The notes: generated by a model from the sequence alone, not told the origin. 64,000 bases of DNA from Azolla caroliniana (GCA_043228905.1 JBHGNT010000017.1:9362001-9426000), one strand, 5' to 3'; shown: positions 46,512 to 60,195, counted from the stretch's first letter. A program made the numbers and translations.

Positions 46512-47748
46512 ACGAGCTTCCTCATTTAGTAAGCTCGACTTCACCGTCTCTAGGGATAGATGCTTCCCTTCCGGTCCGACGTTGCCGAATGTGACCATGA
46601 GCGTTTCCAGCTATCTGGAAGGGATCCCAACAATAGTAGTGTTAATACCTCGTCAGCAAGAGGTACTTGTAGAGAGGTGGTCTGATTGATAAGTCCTTGG
46701 AAGGCATTCAGGTGCTCTGCCATGCTTGAGCCATCCTGATACCTCAGTCTCACTATCTTTCTGAAGACTGAGACTTTATTTACGACATTCTTGTTCTCGA
46801 ACATGACCCCAACTTCTTCCACGTGACTTCAACATCTGCCTCCTCATTGAAGTTATTGTATAGACTCATGTCTATAAAACACCTTATGTATGCATCCACT
46901 TCAGATGCATGATATCCCAAGTCAATGCATTAATCTTGTCGAGCTTGGTTTTGCCATATTGCAACAGTAACAATAAGTCTTTGCATACGAGCATATCCCG
47001 CATCTTCGACTTCCACACTAAATAGTTGGAGCTGGTTAACTTGAACATTCCACCAAAGTCCATCACTATGATACCAGTTTGTTGCACACTAGATCAGACA
47101 CAACTGATTATCACTAACAAGTGAAAATGAATGAGTAGAAAACGAATACACAAACAAGAGGACACATGATGTTAACGTGGAAAACCCCGAAAGTGAAAAA
47201 TTCAACGACCTCTAAACTATATCACTATATAAGTAAGGTATATAATAACTCTAAGGCAACAACCTTGAGTTCTTCTTTGTCAGGTCGATGGTTGCAAAGA
47301 AGTGACTCACACACTCTCTCACACTCTTACTCTCACTTAGTTACAGAGCCAACAACCAACAATAACTATACACTACCACTATATAAGTAAGGTATACAAT
47401 AAGAAACTCTAAGGCAACAACCTTGAGTTCTTCTTCGTCAGGCCGACGGTTGCAAAGAAGTCACTCACACACTCTCTCACACTCTTACTCTCACTTAGTT
47501 ATAGAGGCAACAACCAACAATAACTATACACTACCACTACCCACTAATGTTTTGCCCTAGTTATATTTATATTGATATAACTTTAAAGCTATTTACAAAT
47601 ATAGCCTCGAGTCGGCTTTGACCAATTCGGCTATTAGCCTAATCGATCATTGTTCGAGTTTTTGATTAGTTGATTTCTCGGTCTCGGTCGAGCCAACCAT
47701 CAATTGATTCGGTTGTTCTTCCCATTCAGAAGGACATGTTTCCCAACA
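46512..47748 (-). mobile_element. Copia 4 fragment: 5' LTR (47080-47748), iMet PBS and truncated gag
   Basis: MDFGGMFKLTSSNYLVWKSKMRD gag homologous to Copia 3; PBS TGGTATCATAG; cut at SLLNEEAR by the LTR ending at 46511. Confidence 0.88.
47223..47539. repeat. ~155-bp tandem duplication inside Copia 4 LTR
   Basis: CACTATATAAGTAAGGTAT...CACTACCACT occurs twice, starting at 47223 and 47377. Confidence 0.9.
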
Positions 47749-50700
47749 AAAAACTCTAGTCACCAAAAACCTAAAAATTCACAAGATTTAACCCAAAAGT
47801 TAGAGATCATGGCTCTTTTTTTTCTTTTAAAGAAAGATACACCTTAGTATATTACTTGAGAAATATACATATAGAAAACAGAAGGAGACATTTCATCTCA
47901 CCTCTATTGTGATACGAAGGCTAATACCAACATCTGATCAAATAGACGATATCATATAAGAAACAAGTGGAGCACAAACTACAAGCTATGCAACAAAAAA
48001 GAAGGTATGGCACAATTCCACCTCATACCAGAAGTTGTCTCTGAAAATAAGTGAAGTTAGAGATCACGGATCTTGTTCAGTGTATTACAAAATACATCAA
48101 CAAAATTTCCAACAATCAACATTAGAGCTCCATAAAGTCAATGTCAAGCCATCACAATGCAAGCACCAAACTGTCTTAGTCGCACATATTGGCAACCGCT
48201 TCATAGCACGATGAGCATCTCGTTATAGTCTTTCGGCGTGTGTTTGAAAAAGCATATGCCATGCAATGTTGGTCATTACCATTTATACATCACATAGCTA
48301 AAATGCAAATGGATTGTGCCTTAGCAAAAGTAGAACTAGAGTTGAATACAAACACAAAAGTGGAGATAAATGTAGAAATCAAAGATGTGGAATGATTGAA
48401 GTCTGAAGGACATCATAAATGGAAACACTTTAATGGCTCAACAAGAATTAGGATTGATGAGTACAGTAGTTGTTGAGGATCGTCAACAACAAATGATAGA
48501 TCAACGAAATAAGTTGTTCAGTTTTGGTGCATCGACAACAACCAATATGCCAGAAAGAGGTTCAATAAGTTGAAAACAACACAATTCATTAAAAAAGAGG
48601 AGTCAAGTTAAGTATTTTCTAGAACTTATTTGTAGCTCCCAATCATTTGAATTCCGAGTAAATTCTTACATTTACTTGCAAGTTCTTGGCAATCACAATA
48701 AGAGCATTGGAGCGAGACATTGTACCATATAGTCGGAATGGTCATGTTCAATATTCTAAACAAATATTTGGCCTCCTGATTCATCCACAACCTTTCTAGT
48801 ATCCTCTTAGCCTCTTTAAGTCTTGACCTTTGAAAATCTACCATTGTCACATATTTGGCTTTTTATGTACCATTCTATTATGGTCCCTTCGATGGAAATG
48901 TTGGAGACATTGTCCTCGATTAAAATGTTAACTAGATTGGTTAATTCTTCCTGTGAAGGCAGTGTATTTGATAAATTGCGAATGTCTCTCCACACGTCTG
49001 GTAGTGTCAACATGCCCATAGTGAAATAATCTACCAAACATGGCCCATAGATTCCTCCAAACACAAGTCATTCCATACCATCCTCCTTTTATATACTCAC
49101 AAACTCCAAGTTTGTTTGAGTGTTCTTGCATTACCTCACACATAGCATTGAAGGCAGATTCTGCAATGCAATGCATGAGTTGGCATGCCCATTTATAGAT
49201 GTGGTTTCATTTAGTGACACTTACTTTGGGCAACAAGCTACTAACCCATGCTTTTTGTGTGTGGAACTAACACAATAAAATATGGCAACATGTTTGTGAC
49301 CTTTTGCCATTTGCAGCAATCCAACTTTTGACGTGAATATGCGGAATATTGCTCTGCCACAACCGAGTCTTAGGATCAACCATAGAAAGATGGGAATAGG
49401 GAGAAATACACGTATACACACAAACAATAGATCAAGAGAGAGTACATAGGATGTTTACGTAGAAAACCCTAAACGGGAAAAACCACGGAGCTCACTAGCT
49501 CCAACTATCAGTATGTCTAGAAGAATACAACAAGAGGAACACAGAGGCAACGACCTCGTGCATCCAGTCTTCGCCAACAGGCGGTTACAACAAAGACTGT
49601 TCAAGGTCTCTCTCTCTCTCTATGTTATGCTCTGTACAGTAGTTACACCAAAAGAAAATGCAACAACAACTCATATGTTTGCCCTAGGTCATATTTCTAC
49701 TAATATAACTTTCGGGCTATTTACAAATGTAGCCACAATGGGCTAATAGAGACATATTTACATATATGTCCCTTCATCCGGTGAGAGGTTCTCACTGGGT
49801 CTTCCTTCCCGGGTACACATATCCCATCCGGAGGGACCAAAATCCTAACAAACTCCTCCTTCACTCCGGCATGGGATGCCTCGTCAATCCGATCCTCTTC
49901 CTGCATGCATCAAGCTTGTTGGGTGTCAGCACTTTGGTCAACATATCTGACATGTTCTCCTCCGTGTGGATTTTCGTCAGCATGAACTGCCGATCTTCTA
50001 CTCGCTCCCGGATCCAGTGGTACCTGCGCTGGATGTGCTTTGTCCTAGAATGATAGGCAACGTTCTTTGTAAGGTGGATGGCACTTTGAATGTCGCAGTA
50101 GAGCCGATATTCCTCTTGCCGGATTCCTAGCTCTCCGATGAAGTCCTTCATCCACAGTATTTCCTTGTCGGCTTCCATAGTTGCCATGTACTCCGCTTCT
50201 GTGGTTGACAATGTAACCATCTTCTGCAGCCTTGACAGCCACGAAACAACTCCCCCTGCATATGTCATGACATATCTGGATGTTGACCGGCTGGTATCCG
50301 AATCAGCCGACATATCCGAATCGGTGAAACCATCAAGTTGGGGTTTACCAGAGCCGAATCGAAGACAGATACTTGAGGTGTCTTTCAAGTACCAGAGTAT
50401 CCATTTTACTGCATTCCAGTGCTCCTTGCCAGGATTGCTCATAAACCGGCTCACCACTTCGACTGCGTATTCGATATCCGGTCGGGTACACACCATTGCG
50501 TACATTAAGCTCCCGACAGCAGAGGCATATGGTATCTTCATCATATCCGCCTTCTCTGCCTTCGTCTTCAAGTGTTGCTTACCGGATAACCTGCAGTTTT
50601 CCGGGAGTGTCGATCCGACCGGTTTCGCATCTGACATGCTGAACCGTTGAAGCACCTTTGTCACGTACTTCTCCTGTGACAGCCACAATTGCTTCTCTGA

Positions 50701-51241
50701 CCGGTCCTGGATGATATGCATCCCCAGTATCTATCTTGTTGGACCCAAGTCTTTCATTGAGAAGGTCCGGTTAAGAGCCTTTTTCAGCATCTGTATCTTG
50801 ACTTGGTCTTGTTCGATGATCAACATGTCGTCCACGTACAAGAGGAGTATGAGGAAGTCTGCACCATCAAACTTCTTCACAAATACGCAGTGATCGGCCT
50901 GTGTCTTATGGTACCCTTGATCTGTCATGAAGGAGTCGAACTTCCGGTACCATTACCGAGGAGCCTGCTTCAAACCATAGAGGCTCTTCTTCAACCGGCA
51001 AACCAGGTGCTCCTTCCCTTTCTTCACAAATCCCTCCTGTTGCTGCATGTAGATCTCCTCTTCTAGGTTGCCGTGGAGGAATGCCGTCTTCACGTCTAAC
51101 TGCTCTACCTCGAGGTCCATGCTTGCAGCTATGCTCAGCATCGTCCGGATGAAAGTCATCTTTACTATCGGGGCAAATATCTCGTCGAAGTTCTTTTGCT
51201 GGAACCCCTTCACCACGATCCTGGCTTTGTATCTCGGGGGA

Positions 51242-54200
51242 TGTCATGATATGGCAAGACTCGAACCCATGACCTTATGTTATATGGGTCGAGCTCTTGA
51301 CCATTATACCATCTATTGTAATATGTAGGATATTATTTTCACTTAAGTTTTATTATAGGAAATTAATGTATATTCCAGATTTATCTGGAACATTCTAGAA
51401 GCTTCAGGATTACTCCTGAGAACACTATAAAAGAAGGCACTAGGCATTATGTTGAACCAAATTGCTTCAACGCCAGTCTTAAGCCTCATAGCCATCTTGT
51501 ACTTACTCTTCCTATAATATATCATCTATTATCATCATCTCTCTCTCTCTCTCGTCCTCACTATCTCTCTCTCTCTTTCTCCTCTTCTCTTTTCTCTCTC
51601 TCGGGAGTCTTATGCAGTCCAGTCCTCTTAGTACTAATAGTACTTCCCTTCTCTAGTACTAATTCTCTCTCTGTTTTAGTACTATTCTTAACAGTTTGAA
51701 CCAAATTTCCCTCTCTAGTCTTTCTTTTGGTTTCCCTCATCCTCTTATCCTTTTTCTATACAATGGCTTCTATTAGTGCCCAAGAATACCAATCCGTTTT
51801 CTCCGAGCTATAGTGTCTAAAAGAAAATTTCGTTGCCTTGGAACAAGAAAACCAATGGTTGTTACCGGATCTTCAACAAATCTCCCTAAAAAAACAACAA
51901 ATGTAGCAACAATATGGGGAGTTACAACAACAACATGGGGAGTTAGCGTTACGTGTGCAACAACTTGAAGCAGCGTTGGAACAACAAGGATCAAGTCTCC
52001 AAGGATTTCATAAAGAGCCCAAGATTGGACTTCCTATGAAATTTGATGGAACACGATCGCAATTTAGGGGATTCCTCTATCAGGTACACTTAGTCATTCA
52101 AATGCATCCGTCTCGATACCCCACTGATGCATCCCAAGTCGGCCTAATAGGCACGTTACTTAGTGGCTTAGCCTTGGCATGGTTTGCTCCGCTTCTAGAA
52201 AAACAATCGCCCTTACTTAATAACTTTGAAGACTTTATTAGTGAGTTTAAAGCTTGCTTTGGAGATACAGACAACATTCAGACGTCGATCAACAAAATCC
52301 GACGATTGCGTCAAGGCGATCGTCCAGCCTCTGCCTACGCGGTAGATTTCCGTCTACTCGCTTCAGATATCCCCTGGGATGATCAGGCACTAATGGAGTA
52401 GTTTCTCTATGGCCTGCGAAACGATGTCAAAGATCTACTTCTAACCTTCCCCGAAGAACCAAAGTCTCTTACGGAGGCAATCAGTTGAGCAGTCCGATGT
52501 GACAACCGCCTTTTCGAACAACGTTCGGAACGTCAATTACAAATACTGTGCTCTAGGCCGGAGCCCACTTACGCCTCAGTCGTGGTTAAACCATTTCCAC
52601 AAGACATACCTCAAGCAAATACTCCGACACCGATGGAGATCGACACCATGCGTCGACGTGGCCCGTTATCGAGAGAAGAAAAGCAACAACGATGTGCAAA
52701 TCGATTTTGTCTTTATTGCGTTGGACTAGGGAATATAGCAATCAATTGTCCCCATAGGCCAAGAAGACAGGTAAATCAAATCGTAGCCTGTACTAAACCC
52801 GAGTCAATTCTTCCCTTAGGAGTGTTTGATAGTATAAATAGTACTAATAGAGTGTCTGATAGTATTAATAGTACTAATAGCCCAAGTATCTCAAACAAAT
52901 TTGAAATCCTTAGTCAATTAGATGAAGAGTTAAACGATTGAGTCCAACCAAAATAGGAGCCGTTTGGTTGGACAGCCCTAGATCTGTACATCCCATTAGT
53001 GGTTCCATTCCCTCCAAGCAAGTTAGCAATGTGTTCCTAGCCCAAGTCATGGTTAGTACTAAAAGTACTCCCCCGGTACACGTCCTAGCACTTCTAGATT
53101 CCGGAGCTAATTCCTGTTTCATGGATCGAAATTTTGCCCAAGCTTCTCAGATATCCTTAAGAAAACTTCCTTGCCACGCATTTGTAGTAGTCATTGATGG
53201 TCGTCCCATTGCTTCCGGGAATATTGTAGAAGAGTCAGAACCCATTCAAGTTGTCCTAGGTAGTTTTGTGTGTGTAGTATCATTTAATATAATTAGTAGT
53301 CCAGAGCATCCCATTGTCCTGGGATTACCTTGGTTTGAATTACATAATCCAGACATAGATTGGAGAACAAGAGAAGTCTGACATCGACAACCCCAAGAAT
53401 CTACTAATCGAGTTTCAACCATTTCACTACGTCAATTACGCAAAGAAGGACACTAGGAGGCAATGTTCCTATTTGCAATATCAATACATCCTTCCAACAC
53501 TATTAAGGAGGAATCCTTAGTGCAACTTCCGGCGAAATATCATCGTTATGCCGATGTATTTGACAAGGTAAAAGCCGGTACTCTTCCTCATCATCGTCCC
53601 TATGATTGTCCCATCGATTTACAACGAGGAGCAGAGCCACCATGGGGACCAATGTACAACTTGTCACCCACCGAGTTAGAAGTCCTTCGAGCCTACATAG
53701 AGGAGAACTTGGCAAGCGGGTTTATTCGTCATTCAAAATCTCCAGCCGGTGCACCCATCTTCTTTGTCAAGAAGAAAGATGGCTCACTTCGTCTCGTCGT
53801 TGATTACCGCGGCTTGAATAAAGTCACCATCCAGAATAGGTATGCACTTCCTCTTATATCAAGTCTTTTAGAGCGAGTTAATGGTGCCAAGTTTTTTACA
53901 AAAATCGATCTACGAGGGATTATTTTACCCCTCACACAACTTACAAAGAAGGGACAAGCATTTCTTTGGTCCAATGAAGCGGAGATGGCTTTTTGGAATC
54001 TTAAGAAAGCCTTTACATTAGCTCCTATTCTAGCTCATGTGGATACAAACAAACCATTCATCATGGAGGCCGATGCATCGGATTTCGCCCTTGGTAGCAT
54101 CCTTTCTCAACAAGGAGATAAAGAAGACTTACATTTTGTGCCTTTTCATTCACGCAAATTCGATGCCGCGGAAATCAACTACGAAATACATGACAATGAG

Positions 54201-56501
54201 TTATTAGCCATCGTGGATTCCTTTGTGCAATGGCGGCATTTCTTAGAGGGCTCTCCACATCAGGTCATCGTCTTTAGTGATCACAAAAATCTTGCTTATT
54301 TCCAGAACGCTCGGGTGCTAAATCGACGGCAAGCTCGGTGGGCTCAATTCCTCACGCGTTTCGACTTCAAAATCACATATAGATCAGGGAAGCTGCAAGG
54401 AAAAGTAGATGCACTATCACGGCATTCATATCTTGCACCTTGTCTTGGTGATCCAACGTTTGATAATCAAAAGCAAGTCATCTTGGGACCAACACGATTG
54501 CACACAACGCAGATTTTTCACACCCCAATGGATTCCTGGATTACCAATGCCATACGTGTGAACTTGAAGACAGACAATTTTGCTTAAGACATTCTGGCAC
54601 ACATTGATACCTCTCGGGCATCCTGTTCCCAATCTCAACAACTAGGTATGGACTATCGACAATTCAAATATTATGATGGTTTTTTATTCTTTAAAAAGCT
54701 TGTATATGTCATCGATTGCTCTTATCGCCTTTGAATCGTCCAAAATTGTCACGACACCCATACGGCGGGACATTTCGGTAGTACTAAGACGTTGGAGCTA
54801 GTACAACAATCTTTTTGGTGGCCCCACATGCGCCGTTTTATCGACGACTACGTTCGGACCTGTGATGCTTGCTGCCGAGCAAAGATGCCACGACACCATC
54901 CATATGGCTTATTGGAACCTTTACCAATTCCAAGTAAGCCATGGCAGTCTATTTGTCTTGATTTTATCACAAATCTGCCGGTCTCGAAGGGGTTCGATGC
55001 CATCCTAACCGTCGTCGATCGATATACCAAGATGGCACATTTTGTGCCGTGTACTAAGGCCATCACTAGCGAGGAAGCCGCCGCCCTTGTTATGCGTGAG
55101 GTATTTCGGCATCATGGCCTCCCAGACAGTATCATCAATGACCGAGGACCTCAATTCGTCTCCAAATTTTGGTAGCATCTCTTCAAGATGCTCAAGGTCT
55201 CTTGCAACCTCTCCTCCGGCTACCATCCCCAGACCGATGGGCGGGCGGAACGAACAAACCAAACGCTGGAACAATATCTCCAGTGTTTTTTGAGTTATCA
55301 ACAGGACGATTGGGCCGAGATTCTCCACTTTGTGGAGTTTGCATATAATAATGCTGCTCACTCCTCGACTCGGGTCTCCCCATTTTACGGTTACACCAGT
55401 TCTCATCCTCGCTGGTCGGTGATCGACACCCCGGAGCTACCTGCCAATCCTCGTGCCGAGGATCATTTGGAGAGGCTACGCAATATCCAGATGGATCTCT
55501 CTACTCATCTTCGTCATGCCCAAAACACACAGAAGACTTATGCGGATTGTCATCGGCTTCCCTCCTCTTTTGCCATCGGAGATCGCGTATGGCTCTTACG
55601 TCGTCACATCAAGACTACTCGATTGTGCGACAAGTTGGATTATTGACGACTCGGTCCTTTCCTTATTACTAGTAAGGTTAATGATGTCACGTTCCACCTT
55701 GATCTCCCTCCACATCTTCAGATACATCCAGTTTTCCATAGCTTTCTTCTTGAACCTTATAAAACAAACACTATTCCCGATCGTGTTACGCCACCGCCGC
55801 CCCCGCTTGCGTTGGAAGCCGGCCTGGAGTATGAAGTTGCTGCCGTCCTCGATTCCAAACTTGTTCGAAACAAACTTTATTATTTGGTCAATTGGCTTGG
55901 CTATAGTCCGAGCAAACATACTTGGGAACCCGTCGAGCATGTCGCCAATGCTCATGATCTTCTTGCTGAGTTCCACCGAAAGTATCCGGCCAAACCTGGT
56001 CCACAATCAATGCCGACTCGTTCCACTCGTCATCTTAAGGGGGAGATAGTGTCATGATATGGCAAGACTCGAACCCATGACCTTATGTTATATGGGTCGA
56101 GCTCTTGACCATTATACCATCTATTGTAATATGTAGGATATTATTTTCATTTAAGTTTTATTATAGGAAATTAATGTATATTCCAAATTTCTCTAGAACA
56201 TTCTAGAAGCTTCAGGATTACTCCTGAGAACACTATAAAAGAAGGCTCTAGGCATTATGTTGAACCAAATTGGTTCAACGCTAGTCTTAAGCCTCATAGC
56301 CATCTTGTACTTAGTCTTCCTATAATATATCATCTGTTATCATCATCTCTCTCTCTCTCGTCCTCACTATCTCTCTATCTCTCTCTCTCCTCTTCTCTTT
56401 TCTCTCTCTTGGTAGTCTTACGCAGTCCTGTCCTCTTAGTACTAATAGTACTTCCCTTCTCTAGTACTAATTCTCTCTCTGTTTTAGTACTATTCCTGAC
56501 A
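51242..56501 (+). mobile_element. Tcn1-like chromovirus copy 2 (degenerate, RT core deleted)
   Basis: 452-bp LTRs 51242-51693 and 56050-56501; imperfect TSD GGGGA/GGGGG; PPT AAGGGGGAGATAG. Confidence 0.93.
51763..56049 (+). pseudogene. gag and pol of Tcn1-like copy 2
   Basis: Homologous to copy 1; in-frame deletion KIDLRG|IILPLTQLT at ~53918 removes the YxDD region; chromodomain YEVAAVLDSK...TWEP. Confidence 0.9.
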
Positions 56502-59464
56502 GGGGGTTGCCGGCATCTCCTGGTTTCAGCTCGTACACCCACTTGTTTCGGAGTGCCCTCTTTCCTTTCGACAACTCCACCAATTCATATGTGTGGTTCT
56601 CATGCAGGGAATCCATCTCGTCCTGCATGGCACTCAACCACTTGTGGCTGTGGGTGTCTCTCTTAGCTTCTTCGAAGCTTTCCGGCTCCCCCTCATTGGT
56701 TAGTAGTACATGCTCTGGATCCGGAAATCTCCGGGGGGGCCTTCTCTCTCTGAGAGGATATCTCCGTCTTTGGTTTCCGACAATTGGCTCCTCTATTTGT
56801 TCTTCATCCGAATCCAATTCGGGATCTTGGGTGGTTCCAGTTCCTGCTTCCTCTTCTTCTTCTGCTGGTTTGGTGTCATCTTCGTAACCGGCCGATTCTT
56901 CGAGTGTTAACTGGCTCTTTGCCGGGTAGGTTTGTATCTCATCGATCGATCCTTACTGGTCGACTCAGAGTTCATTATCTTATTCTCCGACTCCTAGTCG
57001 GCAAGGGTCTTGTCCTCCATGAAGATAATATCTCGACTCCGGAAAACCTTCTTGTCGACTGGATCCCACACTCGGTAGCCGAACTCATCATCGTCGTATC
57101 CGACGAATATGCAATGTCGGGACTTTGGATCCAACTTTTCTCTCCGGTCCTTTGCAACATGCATGTAAGCGAGACACCTGAACACCTTTAGATGCCGGTA
57201 CGACACTTCCTTACCGGTCCACACTCTCTATGGCGTGTCTTCGTCCAAGGGTAATGAGGGAGATCTATTTATCACGTACGTCGCTGTCGTTAGCGCCTTA
57301 GCCCAAAACATCTTGGGTAACTTGGTATGTGCTAGCATACTCCGGACCCTCTCCATTATGGTCTGGTTCATCTTCTCGGCCAGCCCATTGAGTTCTGGTA
57401 TCTTCGGCACAGTAAATTCGAGCTAGATTCCCTTCGAGTGGCAGTACTCCTCTAACTGGCCCCGATATTCTCCTCCGTTATCTGCTCGAACTGCCTTCAG
57501 CTTCTGGCCGGTTTCTCTTTCCACTCCCGCGTGCAGCTCCTTGAAGACGGATAACACTTGATCCTTCATCTTCAACGGTGTGGCCCACTGCTTTCAACTG
57601 TGGTCGTCTATGAACGTCACGAAGTACTGTGATCAGGCATGTGACTTCGTGTCCACTTGAAACACATCGGTATGCACCAGCTCTAGTGGTGCATTACGTC
57701 TCATCGGTGGCCTTGAGCGGAAGGAGGTCTGGTTTTGCTTACCGTCCAGGCAGTCGGTGCACCTCTCAAGATGCACGTCTTTGACTGGAATGAGGTTGTC
57801 ATCGGCAAGCCTCCTCATCCCCTTCTCGCTCATGTGACACAGTCTCTTGTGCCACAGTTCACCGGAAGTGTCGGATGCCACGTTCACTTCTTCCCGGCAT
57901 AACCGGGCATTCATTAGGTACAACGTGTTGACTTTCCGGGCCCGAGCCACTATTAGGCTCCCTTTGCTGAACTTCATGACTCCGTTCCGGATGCTACCCA
58001 TGTAGCCTTCATCGTCTAGCCGACCGGCTGATATTAGGTTCAGTCGAACCTCCGGAACATGTCAGACATCCTTCAGCAGTAGCTTGCATCCGGTTGGTGT
58101 TATCAACCACACGTCTCCTATGCCGACAATTCGGCATGTACCTTCATTCCCCATCCGGACACAGCCATGCTCACCGGCTACGTAGGATGAGAAGCATTTC
58201 CGGTCCGGGGTCAGGTGGAATGATGCTCCGGAATCGACAACCCACGTTGTCTCGTCACCGGCAAGGTACAACTCACTCTCCTCGGTGATGAGCATCAACT
58301 CTTCTTCAGTTGCTGCGATTGTTGTTGTTCCCTTCCGGTCCGGTCCCCTTCGATCTTTATCGTTCTGGTCCGGTGACCGCTTCGAATCGGTATTGTTGGT
58401 TCCCTTGTCTTTCCGGAAATGCCGACAATTCTTCTGGAAGTGTCCCGACTTGCCGCAATGGAAGCAAGTAGGCCTCCCCCTTGACTTTGACCGTGTCTCC
58501 GACTTTTCCCGGTTCTGGGGACTAAGGTTCCTTTGTCTTCCGCGTTCCGATTCGGTAAGGAACATTTTGGAGTCGGAGATCACCTCTTTGTCTTTCCAAC
58601 ACGCCTCCTCATCTAGCAAGCTCGACTTGACTCTTGCTAGGGACAACTATTTTCCTTCCGGCCCGACGTTGCCCAAAGTGACCACTAACATCTCCCAGCT
58701 ATCCGGGAGGGAATTGAGTAGGAGTAATGCTAGTACCTCATCGACGAGAGGTACTTCCAACGATGTTGCCTGGTGAATCAGTCCCTAGAAGTCATTCATG
58801 TGCTCCGCCATGCTGGAGCCATCTTGGTACCGGAGCCGCACTAGCTTTCGGAATACCAAGACCTGATTAACAACATTTTTGTTCTGAAACATAATGCCAA
58901 TCTTCTCCCAGAGCTCATGAGCCTTACTCTCCTCATTAAAGTTGTTGTACAGGCTCATGTCCATGAAGCACCATATGTACGCCGTTGTCTTCATGTGCAT
59001 TACCTCCCATATCGTGGCATCGATCTTGTCCGGTCTCTTGTCTCCGACATGAGCCGGCAACCAAAGATCTTTAACCAAAAGCATGTCCCTCATCTTCGAC
59101 TTCCACACTGAGTAGTTGGAGCTAGTGAGCTTGAACATGCCGCCAAATGAATCTTCCATTTTCTGTGTTGTTTTGCTCTGATACTAGATTGATGTGAATA
59201 TGGGGAATATTGCTCTGCCACAACCGAGTCTTAGGATCAACCATAGAAAGATGGGAATAGGGAGAAATACACGTATACACACAAACAATAGATCAAGAGA
59301 GAGTACACAGGATGTTTACGTGGAAAACCCTAAACGGGAAAAACCACGGAGCTCACTAGCTCCAACTATCAGTATGTCTAGAAGAATACAACAAGAGGAA
59401 CACAGAGGCAACGACCTTGTGCATCTAGTCTTCGCCAACAGGCGGTTACAACAGAGACTGTTCA

Positions 59465-59510
<46 letters not shown>

Positions 59511-60195
59511 GTTACGCTCTGTACAGTAGTTACACCAAAAGAAAATGCAACAACAACTCATATGTTTGCCCTAGGTCATATTTCTACTAATATGACTTTC
59601 AGGCTATTTACAAATGTAGCCACAATGGGCTAATAGAGACATATTTACATATATGTCCCTTCATCCGGTGAGAGGTTCTCACCGGGCCTGCGTCATCTGG
59701 TTCTCACTGGGTCTTCCTTGCCGGGTACACATATCCCATCCAGAGGGACCGAAATCCTAACAACTTTGATTGTGTTGAGCACTAACATTAGATATGACAT
59801 TATATTTTGTCCAGGATTTATCAATGACTATCACATTTGATGTCACATTTGGCATCCTATGTAACTTTCAAGCAAGTTTCCCATGCAATTTGATCATGAT
59901 TTGAGCCCCGATCAGAACGAAGTATCATATACTAAAGTGGGATCCCCATGTTCATAGAGTTTGGTACAATTGTTGCATATAATGGTAGCCCAAATTTGAT
60001 TCATTTTGAATGTGGATTCAATTTCCCAAGGGTTATTTTGCAACAATCACTCACACATTTTCAACATCCATTGATTTTGAAGCATCAAGATTAATGGTTG
60101 TAGTGTTGGAGATCGATCTGTACCAGGCAAGTATGGTTGGACATGTGCCACTTTCCCTTACTCTTTAAGTGAATGGGCATCTTGGTTGACAAGTA

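Larger units (their letters stand above)
49861..59159 (-). pseudogene. Copia 3 gag-pol with many stops (49861-51241 and 56502-59159)
   Basis: CFHCGKSGHFQKNC, WVVDSGASFH, LWHKRLCH, LDVKTAFLHG, YVDDML, TKHIQRRYHW. Confidence 0.93.
49329..59762 (-). mobile_element. Ty1/Copia element 3 (degenerate), hosting Tcn1-like copy 2
   Basis: LTRs 49329-49850 and 59190-59762; TSD ACTTT; mutated iMet PBS 59175-59186; PPT directly after the pol stop. Confidence 0.95.
48620..60140 (-). pseudogene. MULE/Mutator-like transposase relic with SWIM finger, split by Copia 3 (48620-49328 and 59763-60140)
   Basis: Manual translation gives ESTFKMNQ, VIVIDKS, ILLC*FH, VDTTRRVERH and YNVSLQCSYCDCQELASKCK; continuous across TSD ACTTT. 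Confidence 0.72.

Noticed and set aside
47749-48620. AT-rich unassigned stretch as a host gene or MULE terminus
   Set aside because: No ORF, TIR partner or other diagnostic motif could be supported by eye.
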